A stretch of DNA of 64,000 nucleotides from Desulfobacterales bacterium (GCA_963674755.2 CAXXVS010000002.1:672001-736000), one strand, 5' to 3'. Positions 10,170 to 21,144 are shown, counted from the first letter of the stretch. The notes: generated by a model from the letters alone, not told the origin. Numbers and translations: made by a program.

Positions 10170-13100
10170 CTATGTCTGAGTCGGAGGATTCTCGGGCCGG
10201 CCTTCCCATTTGATGATTTTCAGGTCCATCACAAAGATGGCATAGAGCACCGGCACCAACAGCAACTCGATAAAGGTGGCCAGGGACAGCCCGCCGATTT
10301 GGGCATAGCACAACGGCTGCCACAGCGGACCGCCGTGGATGGCCAGGGGGATCAGGGCCAGTACCGTGGCCCCCACCGTGATCATGATAGGCCGCAGGCG
10401 GATGATGCCGGCTTCCAGCAGGGATTCGCGCAGGGGCTCGCCTTCCTCGCTTTTTTGCTCGATGAAATCGAACAGCACGATCACGTGGCTCACGATCACG
10501 CCCACCAGACTGGCGATGCCCAGGAAGGCCATGAAGCCGAAAGGTTCGTTCATGAAGTCCAGGGCGGTCAGGGCGCCCACTGCGCCGTAAGGCACCGCGG
10601 CGAACACCAGAAGCGGCTTGACCGCGTTGTTGAATTGGATCACCAGGGCCAGGAAGATGAGGCCCATTGAAATGGCGAGCACGATAGAGAGGTTTCGGAA
10701 GCCCTTGGTCTGCTTGGCCTGCTCGCCGCCGATCACCATCTTGTAGCCGGGCGGCAGGGCCTTCTCAAATGCTTCCAGCTTGGGCAGGGCTGCCGCCATC
10801 ACCTCGGAGGCCAAGGCGCCGGGCACCGGGTAGCCCAGTACCTTCATGGTCCGGAAATGCTCCAGCCGGTTGATCCGGCCGGTTTGCATTTGATGGGCGA
10901 TTTGGGAGATGTCCAGCAGGGGCACCTTCTGGGTGCCTTGCGAGGAATAGATATACAGGTTGCGGATGCTGGAGAGGCGGGCCCTTTCTTCAGGCAGGAG
11001 GCGCACCAGCACGGGGATCTGCTTGTCCCCCTCAAGCAGGGTGGTCACCTGGATGCCGTTCATGGCGGCGGTGGAGGAGGCCGCCACGTCCTGGTTGGTG
11101 ACACCGGCCTGGTTGGCCCGGTCGGGATCGACCAGCAGCTTGACCTCAAAGCTCGCGGGACCCCAATCTTCGTGTATCCGGGCAGCCTGGGGCACGGCCT
11201 TGAGAATGTCGACGACCTGGCTGGCCAGGCGCCGCAGGGTCCTGATCTCTTCTTTACTCATCTGGGAGCTGATTTCCGAGCGGCCCGAAAGACGGATCTC
11301 GATGGGCACTTCCACCGGGTTGGTCTGCAACTGCCGCACGTTTATCCGGGCCCCGGCGATTTCGGCCGAAAGCCTTTTTTGCAAGGGCGCCACCAGAAGC
11401 GGGGTCTCCTCCTTTTCCTGCACCTCCACGATGAGTTGGGCGTAATTGATCTGGTGCAGCTGCGGCGTGAGCGAGAACCAGAAACGCGGGCTGCCGCCGC
11501 CCACAAACGTGGTTATGGATTTCAGTATCTGACGCGGCTGGCCCTTGCGGTCCGGATGCGCCCTGCCGTAGCGCGCGATCTCATCCTCCACCAGGGCGGC
11601 GGCCCTTTGGGCGGTCCGATCGCTGGAAGACAGGGGCGCGTTATTGGGCAGCCACACGTCGATGTAAAAGAGATATTGGATGTCGTCCGGGAAAAAGGCC
11701 ACTTTGAGCTGCCTGGCCTCCCAGACGCCGAAGATCAGAAAGGCCAGCGAGCAGACGAACACCATCCAGCGGTGCTTGATGGCGGCGGCGCCCACCCGGT
11801 AGTAAACGCCGCTGAAGCCTTTTCGGGTGCGCTCTTCAATGGAAGGCTCCGGTTTTTGGGATGGACGCAGGACGTAATAGCCCAGCAGCGGCAGGAAGGT
11901 CATGGAGACCAGGCGCGAGGCGATCAGGGTGCACGCCATGACAATGGGCAGGCTGTGAAGGAAAGTGCCTGTATTGCCTTGCAGGAGCAGAAAGGGCAGA
12001 TAGGCCACGATGTTGGTGATCGTGGCGAACATGATGGCCTTGGCCAGTTTGGTGGGCCCCAGCCAGGAGGCGAGAGACGGCGGGTGGCCGGCGGCCAAGT
12101 CCCGCTTGATGGCGTCGCCGGCCACAATCGGATCGTCCACCAATAAGCCCAAAGCGATGATAAGGGTGGCGATGGAGACCTGCTGGAGATCGATGCCCAG
12201 CATGTAGATCATGGCAAAGGTCATGGCCAGGGTGATGGGGATGCATGCCGCCATGAGCAGAGCCGAGCGCCACTCCCAAAAGCCGAGCAACGCCACGATC
12301 ACCACCAGAATGATGGCCTCATACAGGGCGGTCATGAACAGGTCGATGTTTTCCCTGACCTGTTGCGGCTGATTGGAGGTCTTGGCGATGATCAGATCAT
12401 CGGGCAGGCGCTGCTTCAGTTGGTTCAAGGCCCGGTCGATGGCCTTCCCGAACTGGTTGATCTGTTCATTCTTGTGCATCTGGATGGCCAGGGTGATGGC
12501 CCGGGTGCGGATCCAGTTGCCGCTGGGGTCTTTCCTGGAGAAATAGTTCAGAAAGCGGGGCGGGCTCTGGTAGGAAGCGTAAATGTCCACCAGGTCGCGT
12601 AAATAAACCGGGATGCCGCTGGAGGTGGCGGTGATGATCACATCACCGATTTCCCGGGCGTTTTTGAACTGACCCGAGGGATCGATGGTGATATCGGTGT
12701 CATCGATTTGAAGCACCCCGCCGGGCAGCGTAATGTTGCGCGCGTTCAGGATGCTCTTGATCTTGTCGGGCTGCACCCCGTAAGACGCCAGCTTCTCCTG
12801 GGAATAGGCCAGATAGACCTGCTGGGGCAGTACCCCTGAGCGGTCCACTTTGGCGACCTGGGGTACGCCCTGCACGGTACGCTCGATCAGGTCGGTGATA
12901 TCATCCAGTTCCTGATAGGTGTATTTATCCCCGGCAATTTGAGTGAGCCTGGTCGCGGTTGTGCTTAGGTCTCTTATCGCGATGGACGGCCAGGCATCGG
13001 GGTGAATCCCGGACAGGCCCAGCCGGTCCCGGGCATACTTGTCCGCAAAAGCCAGCACGGCCTGCTCGCCGGCCCGGGTTTCCATATCCAGCCCCACGAA

Positions 13101-13826
13101 GCCAGGCCCTTGAATGGGGCGGACATCGCGGCCGATGCCTTTCGCCCTGAGGCCCCCCGCCAGCAGATCCCGCAACTTGAGCGGAATGGTGGGATCGACC
13201 GCGCGCGCCAAAGGCGTCACCACGGCCATGCGCGAATTCAAGCGTCCGGCCGGAATCCCTGTGCGGATCGCTTCGATGGCCCTGTTGATATCACGGGCCC
13301 GTAGGGCGATCTCCACCGGGCCTTCTTTCGGACTGGCCACAGTGAGCATCAGGGCGGCGGTTTCGCCGAATCCGCTGTTGAACTGGATGGGGCCGGCCCC
13401 TTGGGGCAGGTTGGCATTAAGGGCGTTCAATTTGAGGTTGATGTCATTGAACGCTATTTCCGTCTCCGTGACATCATCGCCCAGCTGAATCTGAAGTACA
13501 GCCAGACCGGGCAGGGTGAAAGACTTGATACCGTATGTGTCGGCGGCGGGTTTGTGGATGGCCGAACTGGTGGCGACGGTGGCCTCCACCGGCCGGGTGA
13601 CCAGTTGCTCCACTTTTTCAGCGCTGACCCCGGGCCAGGGGATAACCGCGGTGGCAACCTTCACGGGTATGACGGGATCCTTCAGTTTGGGGATGTGGGC
13701 ATAGCCGTAAAACCCGGCCAGGAACACGGCCAGCAACAAAACACAGGAGACGTGCCGGTTCACGGTGAAGAACCGGGCGGCATTGTGCTTTTCCTGAATC
13801 AGTTCGGCTTCGCTTCGGTATGCCAC
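10170..13826 (-). CDS. efflux RND transporter permease subunit (AcrB/AcrD/AcrF family)
   Basis: GVSAEKVEQLVTRPVE, LGLLVDDPIV, RLRPIMIT; 12-TM layout; start likely GTG at 13826. Confidence 0.93.
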   Translation of the reverse strand: MAYRSEAELIQEKHNAARFFTVNRHVSCVLLLAVFLAGFYGYAHIPKLKDPVIPVKVATAVIPWPGVSAEKVEQLVTRPVEATVATSSAIHKPAADTYGIKSFTLPGLAVLQIQLGDDVTETEIAFNDINLKLNALNANLPQGAGPIQFNSGFGETAALMLTVASPKEGPVEIALRARDINRAIEAIRTGIPAGRLNSRMAVVTPLARAVDPTIPLKLRDLLAGGLRAKGIGRDVRPIQGPGFVGLDMETRAGEQAVLAFADKYARDRLGLSGIHPDAWPSIAIRDLSTTATRLTQIAGDKYTYQELDDITDLIERTVQGVPQVAKVDRSGVLPQQVYLAYSQEKLASYGVQPDKIKSILNARNITLPGGVLQIDDTDITIDPSGQFKNAREIGDVIITATSSGIPVYLRDLVDIYASYQSPPRFLNYFSRKDPSGNWIRTRAITLAIQMHKNEQINQFGKAIDRALNQLKQRLPDDLIIAKTSNQPQQVRENIDLFMTALYEAIILVVIVALLGFWEWRSALLMAACIPITLAMTFAMIYMLGIDLQQVSIATLIIALGLLVDDPIVAGDAIKRDLAAGHPPSLASWLGPTKLAKAIMFATITNIVAYLPFLLLQGNTGTFLHSLPIVMACTLIASRLVSMTFLPLLGYYVLRPSQKPEPSIEERTRKGFSGVYYRVGAAAIKHRWMVFVCSLAFLIFGVWEARQLKVAFFPDDIQYLFYIDVWLPNNAPLSSSDRTAQRAAALVEDEIARYGRAHPDRKGQPRQILKSITTFVGGGSPRFWFSLTPQLHQINYAQLIVEVQEKEETPLLVAPLQKRLSAEIAGARINVRQLQTNPVEVPIEIRLSGRSEISSQMSKEEIRTLRRLASQVVDILKAVPQAARIHEDWGPASFEVKLLVDPDRANQAGVTNQDVAASSTAAMNGIQVTTLLEGDKQIPVLVRLLPEERARLSSIRNLYIYSSQGTQKVPLLDISQIAHQMQTGRINRLEHFRTMKVLGYPVPGALASEVMAAALPKLEAFEKALPPGYKMVIGGEQAKQTKGFRNLSIVLAISMGLIFLALVIQFNNAVKPLLVFAAVPYGAVGALTALDFMNEPFGFMAFLGIASLVGVIVSHVIVLFDFIEQKSEEGEPLRESLLEAGIIRLRPIMITVGATVLALIPLAIHGGPLWQPLCYAQIGGLSLATFIELLLVPVLYAIFVMDLKIIKWEGRPENPPTQT

Positions 13827-13842
13827 CTTACCATCCCGGCGC

Positions 13843-14967
13843 CTATGGAATGACGCGCACCTTTTCACCGTCGGCGACCATGCTGGCGCCTGTCACAATA
13901 ACGCGCTCACCAAGGGCTACCCCATGGGTGACCGCGATCATATTGCCGGCCACTTGGCCCAGGCCCACGTCCCGGAGCCGCGCCACCTGGTTCCCTCCCT
14001 GATCCTGCACGACATAGACGGCATAGCCGTCGGGATCGCTTTGGGAACTCACCACCGCGGCGATGGGTATCATCATGAGGGCGGGCAGGGGCGCCCGCGA
14101 GCCTAAATCCAGAGAAGCGATCATACCGGGCTTGAGCCGGTTCTGCGGATTGGGGATGGTGAGTTCCACCTCGAAAACCCGCACCTGGGTGTTGGCCGCC
14201 GGGGAGATCGCCGTGATTTTGCCCTCGAAAGGGGTGTTGGGAATGGACTCGGTGACCACGGCCAATGGTTCGCCCATTTTCAGATCTTTGAGGATGAGGC
14301 CCGGCACACCGAACACGGCCTTCACCGAAGTCACATCGGAGAGCACAAAACCCACCGCCCCGATGCCCACCAGATCGCCTACTTCGATGTTGCGCTGCAG
14401 GATGACGCCCGGGCCGGGGGCTTTCAAGTCGCAATACCCCAGGTTGATGTTGGCGTCCTTGAGCTGGGCTCGGGCGCCATCCACCTGGGCCTGGGCCACC
14501 CCCAGCTCCTGCACGGCGGAATCATAGTCCGGCTTGGTGAGGCTCTGACTGGCGTAAAGGGCTTCAGCCCGGGCGAAGTCTTGCTGAGCTTTTTTAAGCG
14601 ATGCCAGGGCGGAGGCCAGCTGGGCCTGGGCCTCCCGCACTTTCTGCTGGTAGGTGCCGGGGTCCACCCTGGCCAGCACGGTGTTCGGGCTTACCTCGTC
14701 GCCCTGTTGCAGGTTCCGCCGACGGCCGTCCGCGCCCTTTTTCTGCTGAATGCTTTTGATGTAGCCGCCTGCTTGAAAGGCCAGGTTGACCTGGCTGTAA
14801 GGGGCTATGTTGGCCGAGTAGCGCAGTGCGTCTTTCAGGGAACGTTCGGTCACCGTAGCGACCCGCACGGGGCGCAAGGGGATTTCATAGCTCTCCTGGC
14901 GCTCGCAGCCTGCTAGGAGCAGCACGCCGATCAACAGCGCGCTTGACAGTATGGTGATGGCCCTCAT
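13843..14967 (-). CDS. efflux RND periplasmic adaptor (MFP)
   Basis: Lipoprotein signal LAGC, helical hairpin, LKAP, LKPGMIA. Confidence 0.93.
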   Translation of the reverse strand: MRAITILSSALLIGVLLLAGCERQESYEIPLRPVRVATVTERSLKDALRYSANIAPYSQVNLAFQAGGYIKSIQQKKGADGRRRNLQQGDEVSPNTVLARVDPGTYQQKVREAQAQLASALASLKKAQQDFARAEALYASQSLTKPDYDSAVQELGVAQAQVDGARAQLKDANINLGYCDLKAPGPGVILQRNIEVGDLVGIGAVGFVLSDVTSVKAVFGVPGLILKDLKMGEPLAVVTESIPNTPFEGKITAISPAANTQVRVFEVELTIPNPQNRLKPGMIASLDLGSRAPLPALMMIPIAAVVSSQSDPDGYAVYVVQDQGGNQVARLRDVGLGQVAGNMIAVTHGVALGERVIVTGASMVADGEKVRVIP

Positions 14968-16308
14968 TTACGCCTCTCCCAACGCGTTTTCGAAGGCCGC
15001 CTTGGTTTTCCAAAACCCCAGCAGGGCGTCCTCATATTGCCGGTTGGCCTCCATCACATCGGTTTCCGCCTGCAAGAGGTTTTCCAAAAGAACCGTCTTC
15101 TGCCCGAACTGCTGCAGGGCGATCCGCAGCTTTTCACGGGCCGTCGCCCTGGACAAGGCGGCCACTTTCAAGCGGGCCCTGGCCTCATTCAACTTGCGGC
15201 CGATCTTGTTGACCTGGAGGATCACATGGTCCTGGGTCTCCTTGACATTGTTCTTAGCCGTTTGGATATCCCTGCTTCGGGCGGCCAGCTCACTTTGCTT
15301 GCGTCCCCAGTCGTAAAATTCCCATCGCAGCAAGAGGCCTATTGTGGCCACGTCATTGGGTAGCAACTCCACGTTGTACAGCTTGTCGTAGTTGGCTTTG
15401 AACCACAGGTCGGGGATGTATTCGGATTTTTTGATGCGGCGGTTGTGCTCGGCATAACGCAGCTTGAGTTGACTCTCCTTTATCTCCGGACGCTGCGCCA
15501 AAGCCAGGGCCTGGGCTGCCTCCAGATCGACCTCATAGTCGGTGCGGGGCGGTACCTGGATCACGTTGAAGGGGGTGGTAATGTCGCGCCCCATCAGGTT
15601 GTTGAGCTGCTCCTTGACATCGGCCAGATCGTTTTTGTGGGTCAGCGCCTGAAGTTCAGCCTTGGCCAGGCGGGTTTTCACTTCCAGTTGCTCCGATTTA
15701 AGCACGGTCTGCTCCTGAAGGTAGCGCTCCGTCAGTGCATCCAACTCGCGGTAGAAGATGATGGACTCTTCGATGGCCGCCAGCGCGCTTTGCTTTTGCA
15801 GCACTTGATAGTAGGCGTCTTTAACCTCCTTGGCGACGGATTGCTGCTTGGCCCGTAATTCCTCCGCGGCCATTTCTTTTTTTATACGGCGCTGCTCCAC
15901 CGAAAGGTCGATGCGGTAGAGTTGCGAAAGCGGCTGGCTCAGGGTGGCTGAAAGCGCCGTGGTGAAACCGATTTGGGTATCGACCTCGACATTTTCCGGC
16001 GGTACCGGGCCGATTTCCTTATAGGTGCCCCAGGTGCCTCTGCTGAATTCGTAGGATTGCCGGGTGAGATTATAGGATTCCAAGCCGTTGAAATGGAGAG
16101 AGGGGAAGAATCTGGTGGTTGCCGCATCGATGGCGTCGGCGGCTTTTTGCACCTCCAATCCGGCGTTTTGCACCCCGAGATTGTTTTGATAAGCCAGCTC
16201 CAGGGCCTGGTCAAGCGAGAGCATAGCGGCCTGACCGGCATGCGATGCATGGCTGACGGCACAAGAGATCGTCAGCAATAGGAATAAAATGGCCGCCAAT
16301 CGAACCAT
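14968..16308 (-). CDS. TolC family outer membrane efflux protein
   Basis: LSLDQALELA, ALAQRPEI, FYDWG; signal peptide from ATG 16308. Confidence 0.9.
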   Translation of the reverse strand: MVRLAAILFLLLTISCAVSHASHAGQAAMLSLDQALELAYQNNLGVQNAGLEVQKAADAIDAATTRFFPSLHFNGLESYNLTRQSYEFSRGTWGTYKEIGPVPPENVEVDTQIGFTTALSATLSQPLSQLYRIDLSVEQRRIKKEMAAEELRAKQQSVAKEVKDAYYQVLQKQSALAAIEESIIFYRELDALTERYLQEQTVLKSEQLEVKTRLAKAELQALTHKNDLADVKEQLNNLMGRDITTPFNVIQVPPRTDYEVDLEAAQALALAQRPEIKESQLKLRYAEHNRRIKKSEYIPDLWFKANYDKLYNVELLPNDVATIGLLLRWEFYDWGRKQSELAARSRDIQTAKNNVKETQDHVILQVNKIGRKLNEARARLKVAALSRATAREKLRIALQQFGQKTVLLENLLQAETDVMEANRQYEDALLGFWKTKAAFENALGEA

Positions 16309-16917
16309 GCCCCCTCCTACGGAACCCGTGCTTTCAGTCATTGCCGCGTGTCGCCGGCATCGCTTGCGGATGCCTCGCGCCGCACCGTTTCCGAGTGCGG
16401 TGTCGAAGATGATTTCTCCTGAATCGGAAAACGGGCAAGGGGGCGCAGGGCTTTGGTGGACCGGCATTGCTGTGGATAACACGGACCGCCGGCATCGCGC
16501 TAAGGCGTGGCAGAAGATGTGGTCGCCCGGTTCCCGTGCGCAAGGTTGGGCTGGATAGTGTGGCGGGAGCGAAAATCGTCTTTCCGGTTTCGCGATCCCA
16601 CCCGAAACCAACCCTTTCCCTCCTTTTCAGTTTCATCGATACCAAAGAAGGGCGATTTGGTAAAGCCTCCGTCTTGCTTACGAGGTCCCGGCGGTCGCAG
16701 ACTGACGCGTTGATATGCGTAAAAGTTGAATTTTAGGGCTGCGCCGCGCATCGCCCGGCGTTTTGCCCGGGACTTGATCGCTTAGAGAAAACGCATCCAT
16801 GCGCGTCACGGACGATACGTCACGACGACATTGGCGATCATTCCCCCCTACAATGTTTTCGCAGTCGGCCTGACAGGTTGGGACTGTTCGGCACCTTGGC
16901 CCGAGGCGATGCGATTT

Positions 16918-17610
16918 CTATGGTTTTTTCATCATGACGTTCGCGATGTAATCATAGAGTTCCTTGACCTTGGCCGGCGGCAGGGAGGATTCCGGAAAGG
17001 CGGGCATGGGGGCCGCCGGATGGTTCAGCCAGAATTGCAGGGTTACCTGATTGGCCAGCAGGGGGGAGTTTAGAAGCGGTTTGCTGGGATCGATCGCGTT
17101 GCCCCCGCTGGGGTGGCAGGCGGCACAGCTCACCGCATAGATATCCTGCCCCGCCCGGTACTGGGGGGGGCCCTCGATCGTATCGCCGCCGAAGGTCAAT
17201 TGACCGCCGAAATATCCCAGAACCACCACCGCCATGACGCACAGCAGATAAAGCGGCATCACCCTTGCCGAAGCCGCGCCGAATTTACGCCCCAGATAGA
17301 TGCTCAGCGCGAGCAGCACCAACAGGACGAAGGCGGTGACCAGTTTGATCTTGATCGGAAGAATCCAGCCCCCGGCGTAAAAATGCTGCCAATCCATCAG
17401 CCCCAGGATTATGGTCGGGAAAAGCCAGATAAATGCCAGGATAAGGCAGCTTTGCGGCACCAGGGCAAGCTTCTGGCGTCGAAAGATGAGCGCAATCGCC
17501 GCAAAAATAAAGGCGCCGACGATCAACCCGATCGGCATGTGCACTTCCGTGGGATGGACGGGATGATGATAGCCGATCTTACTCAAAAGGTCGTAAAAGG
17601 CGTTGATCAT
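16918..17610 (-). CDS. DUF2231-like membrane domain fused to monoheme cytochrome c
   Basis: HHPVHPTEVHMPIG N-terminus, four TM helices, CAACH and distal PMPAF. Confidence 0.8.
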   Translation of the reverse strand: MINAFYDLLSKIGYHHPVHPTEVHMPIGLIVGAFIFAAIALIFRRQKLALVPQSCLILAFIWLFPTIILGLMDWQHFYAGGWILPIKIKLVTAFVLLVLLALSIYLGRKFGAASARVMPLYLLCVMAVVVLGYFGGQLTFGGDTIEGPPQYRAGQDIYAVSCAACHPSGGNAIDPSKPLLNSPLLANQVTLQFWLNHPAAPMPAFPESSLPPAKVKELYDYIANVMMKKP

Positions 17611-17649
17611 GGTTCCGACTCCTTCAATCTATCGTGCCGATTTCAGTTT

Positions 17650-18483
17650 TCAATAGGCCGAGTGCATGAAACCGCTTTGTTTGTTGACGTTGATTTTGTC
17701 CACCAGAGAATTCTCCCGGGTGACGATCCGAACCTCAAAATAGGTTCCCTTGTCGGTTATCTTGCCCACTTTGAGATTGGGGTTGTGCATGCCCTCCAGG
17801 AAGGCCTGCACCCGCTGCCGGGCGCCATCTTTGTCCAGAGGGGCCGACGGCCGGCCGTGATAGGGGCCGCCGTAACCGGGATATCCTGGCGGAGCGCCGT
17901 AGCCGGGTCCCATCATCCCCGGCCCCATGCCGTAGCCGCCTCCCATCATTCCCGGTCCCATGCCATAGCCGCGTCCCATCATCCCCGGCCCCATGCCATA
18001 GCCGCGCCCCATCATCCCCGGCCCCATACCATAACCGGGCCCCATCATGCCGGGCCCCATACCGTAGCCGGGCGCGCCGTAGCCGGGCGGCGTCTGCGGT
18101 GAACGCGCGCCGCCCTGGGCCCAGCGCGGAAGCTCTTTGTTGAGGTATGCGAACAGATCCTTGGCCTGGCCCTCCGAGACCAGCGACTCGGTGATCGGCG
18201 GCATCGGCCCCATGGATCCGTCGGGCAGGGTGGGATGACGGATAAAAGTGAGAAACGAGGAGAAGTCTTTCAATTGCGGAGACCCCACCAGGGGCATGGC
18301 GGGGTAGAAGCGGTTTGCCCCGTTTGGGTGGCACATGGCGCAACGCGCCGCAAACAGTGCCGCTGCACTATCTGCGGAATCAGGTGTACCGGTGGGGACC
18401 GGTGGGTTGCTGTCGTCGGCCGGGGCGTGCACAGCCAAAACCGCCAGCAATAAGCACAAACTGATGAATATCGTAGGTCTCAT
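17650..18483 (-). CDS. exported monoheme cytochrome c with Gly/Met-rich repeats and PepSY-like C-terminal domain
   Basis: Signal peptide, CAMCH, MGPMPP, five GYGMGPGMMG repeats, C-terminal FEVRIVT..VDKINVNKQSG. Confidence 0.8.
   Translation of the reverse strand: MRPTIFISLCLLLAVLAVHAPADDSNPPVPTGTPDSADSAAALFAARCAMCHPNGANRFYPAMPLVGSPQLKDFSSFLTFIRHPTLPDGSMGPMPPITESLVSEGQAKDLFAYLNKELPRWAQGGARSPQTPPGYGAPGYGMGPGMMGPGYGMGPGMMGRGYGMGPGMMGRGYGMGPGMMGGGYGMGPGMMGPGYGAPPGYPGYGGPYHGRPSAPLDKDGARQRVQAFLEGMHNPNLKVGKITDKGTYFEVRIVTRENSLVDKINVNKQSGFMHSAY
17897..18069 (-). repeat. 30-bp tandem repeat (about 5 units) encoding GYGMGPGMMG
   Basis: Repeated cccatcatccccggccccatgccatagcc-like units. Confidence 0.9.
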
Positions 18484-19154
18484 CTACTACCTCAGTCAGG
18501 TGGCCGGTTACCAGTATGCCAAATGAAAATGGAATGGATATCGATTTGTGCCCGGGGTCATTTCCGGTTGGCTGGTGTCCGCTTGATAGGAGAGGCGCGC
18601 GTCGGGCATCCAGCCGCGTTGATAGAACTTCACCCGGGGGTGGGTATGGTCTGTGGCCATTCGCCTTGCATTCCGGTCGCCGGCAACGTTTTCCCGGTCC
18701 AGGCAACAAACCCAAAAGTCATTAATTTTATATGCCTACCCGATTGCAAGCCAGGCACCAATGGGGTGTATCATGGGTTTGAGGGGTTGATCCAACGTAT
18801 TTCCGCTGCGCTCCTACGCACCGTCGACCGGACGTGCAGCGCCTGCATCAGCTTTGTATCGGTGCCGGTTGGCAGCCGACGGTTCCTGCGAGCAGAGGCG
18901 CCACCGGCCATTCAACCGGACAAAAACGTTCCGTTTTCCCCCGTGGAATACATATCGCGTGCCGGTCGAATGGGGTGCGCACCGTATAGGCCGATCCGCC
19001 TTTTTCTTCTACAAGGCTCGACATGGAGGAAACATTTGCTCACGGAGCGACGCTCGAATGGGCGCCGTCCATCCTCACCCGTCCAGGGGGGCAGGCGGTC
19101 CCCCAGGCAGCCCATCATAATGCGTTCTTCACCCTATCGAAAGGAAGGATATTC

Positions 19155-19511
19155 ATGAAGAAAACAGCCCTTCTGCTTTGCCTGTTGATCGCGGGTGCCG
19201 GTTGGATTGCCGCCACCAGTTGGGCGGACAGTCTTCTCGAACAGGGGAAACAGGTCTACGATACCAACTGCGTGCTGTGCCATGGCCAGAACGGCAAGGG
19301 CGACGGGATCGCCGCCGCGGCGCTCAATCCCAAACCGGCCAACTACACCAAAGAATCCTTCTGGACGAGCGACGCTGCCAAGAATATTCCCTCAACCATC
19401 AAGCACGGCAAGGGCCAAATGCCGCCTTTTGCCCTGGATGAGGCCTCCATCAAGGCTGTGATCTACTACATCGAGCATACCTTCAAACCGGCCGATGCCC
19501 CCAAGCCGTGA
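19155..19511 (+). CDS. periplasmic monoheme cytochrome c (class I)
   Basis: AAGGAAGG RBS, signal peptide, CVLCHGQNGKGDG, distal QMPPF. Confidence 0.9.
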   Translation: MKKTALLLCLLIAGAGWIAATSWADSLLEQGKQVYDTNCVLCHGQNGKGDGIAAAALNPKPANYTKESFWTSDAAKNIPSTIKHGKGQMPPFALDEASIKAVIYYIEHTFKPADAPKP

Positions 19512-19749
19512 CCACCAGCGGCAATACACGGCGGCAGGCCGGGAGATCGCACTCCGGCGGAATGAAACCGTTCTGCGCATGAAGCAGCCCCATTTCCCTC
19601 CTGAATCCGGCTACCCGTTCATTCCATCGTGCCACGTTGGGCCCTGACGGCAGGGTCGTTGCAGAAGAATAACCGATCCTGCCGGCAGGTCTGTTTTCAT
19701 CATCCAATCCACTGAACGCCGCGAGGCGCAACATGAAAGGAGCGATGCA

Positions 19750-21081
19750 ATGTACCGGCATGGATTCAAACCAACCTTAATGGTCCTGACGCTATCCATG
19801 GGGATGTTTTTTTTATCCAGGGCAACCGTCCTGGCGCTTCCCAGCTATGCCCGCCAGACAGGGATGTCCTGCAATTTATGCCATACCGCTTTCCCGGAGG
19901 TCACTTCCTTTGGAAGAACGTTCAAGGCCAGCGGCTACACGCTTTCCCAAATGAAAAAAATCCAGTCTCCCGAAACCGCCAGCCTGGCACCCCTGGAACT
20001 CAACGACACCCTGCCGCTCTCGGCCATGATCCAGGTCGCCGACACCAGTACCGACAAATCCCAACCCGGCACCCAGAACAACGATGTGCAGTTTCCCCAG
20101 CAGCTCAGCCTGTTTCTGGCCGGTGAAATTACGCCCCACATCGGCAGCTTCCTGCAGGTGACATACACCCAGGTCGACGACAATATAACCATGGACAACA
20201 CCGACCTGCGTTTTGCGGACCAGACGCAGCTTGGCGGCAAGCCCCTGGTCTACGGATTGACCCTCAACAACAACCCCACCGTGGAAGACCTCTGGAACTC
20301 CACCCCGGCCTGGGGCTTTCCCTACGCCGGGCCGGATGTGGCCCCGGCCCCGGCCGCCGGTGCCGTTATCGACGGTGCCCTGGCCCAGGAGGTCGCCGGC
20401 CTGGGCGGCTATGCCTTCTGGGACAACAGTTACTACGCGGCGGTGGCCTTCTACCGCTCGGCCCAGATCGGCGGGACATCGCCGCCGGACGATACCAGCA
20501 CAGACACGGTTGACAATACGGTGCCCTACTGGCGGCTGGCCTGGCAGCACACCATGCCGGACAGTTATTTCGAGCTTGGCACCTATGGTCTCTATGCCGA
20601 GCTATATCCCGACGGCATACACGGCAACACGGACCGCTACACGGACTACGGGTTCGATGCGTCCTACGGCAAACGCTTCGGTAACGACCACTTGAGCCTG
20701 CACGCCACCTATATCTATGAAGATCAAAACCTGAAGGCCTCCGCCCCCCTGGACACGGATCACCATTTGAATACCTACCGCCTGGACGCCAGTTATTACC
20801 TGAACGGCATCGTGGGGCTGACGGCCGCTTTTTTCAACATCGACGGCGATTCCAATCCGTCGGTGTATTCGCCGTCGCCGCTGGACGGGAGCCGCAACGG
20901 CAAACCGGACAGCCAGGGCTGGATCGGCCAGATCAGCTATTTTCCCTGGCAGAATGTGCGCCTCTCGGCCCAATACACCTGGTATACCAAATTCAATGGG
21001 GCCAGCAACAACTACGACGGCTTCGGACGGGATGCGAGCGATAACAACACGCTGTATCTGCTCGCCTGGCTGATGTGGTAG
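19750..21081 (+). CDS. Cyc2-family fused cytochrome c / beta-barrel porin
   Basis: Signal peptide then ALPSYARQTGMSCNLCHTAFPEVTSFGRTFKASGY (Cyc2 heme-domain signature); amphipathic beta strands; terminal Trp. Confidence 0.85.
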   Translation: MYRHGFKPTLMVLTLSMGMFFLSRATVLALPSYARQTGMSCNLCHTAFPEVTSFGRTFKASGYTLSQMKKIQSPETASLAPLELNDTLPLSAMIQVADTSTDKSQPGTQNNDVQFPQQLSLFLAGEITPHIGSFLQVTYTQVDDNITMDNTDLRFADQTQLGGKPLVYGLTLNNNPTVEDLWNSTPAWGFPYAGPDVAPAPAAGAVIDGALAQEVAGLGGYAFWDNSYYAAVAFYRSAQIGGTSPPDDTSTDTVDNTVPYWRLAWQHTMPDSYFELGTYGLYAELYPDGIHGNTDRYTDYGFDASYGKRFGNDHLSLHATYIYEDQNLKASAPLDTDHHLNTYRLDASYYLNGIVGLTAAFFNIDGDSNPSVYSPSPLDGSRNGKPDSQGWIGQISYFPWQNVRLSAQYTWYTKFNGASNNYDGFGRDASDNNTLYLLAWLMW

Positions 21082-21144
21082 CCGATAAACGAAACCCGAA
21101 CCGGCGGAAGCTGCGAACCGGAAAATCCGGAAGGAACCGCGAGA

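Noticed and set aside
16309..16611. Long N-terminal extension of TolC in the ORF track
   Set aside because: Signal peptide and AGGAGG RBS point to ATG 16308; upstream translation is not protein-like
17897..18069. CRISPR array
   Set aside because: Contiguous in-frame 30-bp units without spacers; a coding repeat
18523..19158. 211-aa ORF in the divergent intergenic region
   Set aside because: Not protein-like; the region more likely holds the divergent promoters
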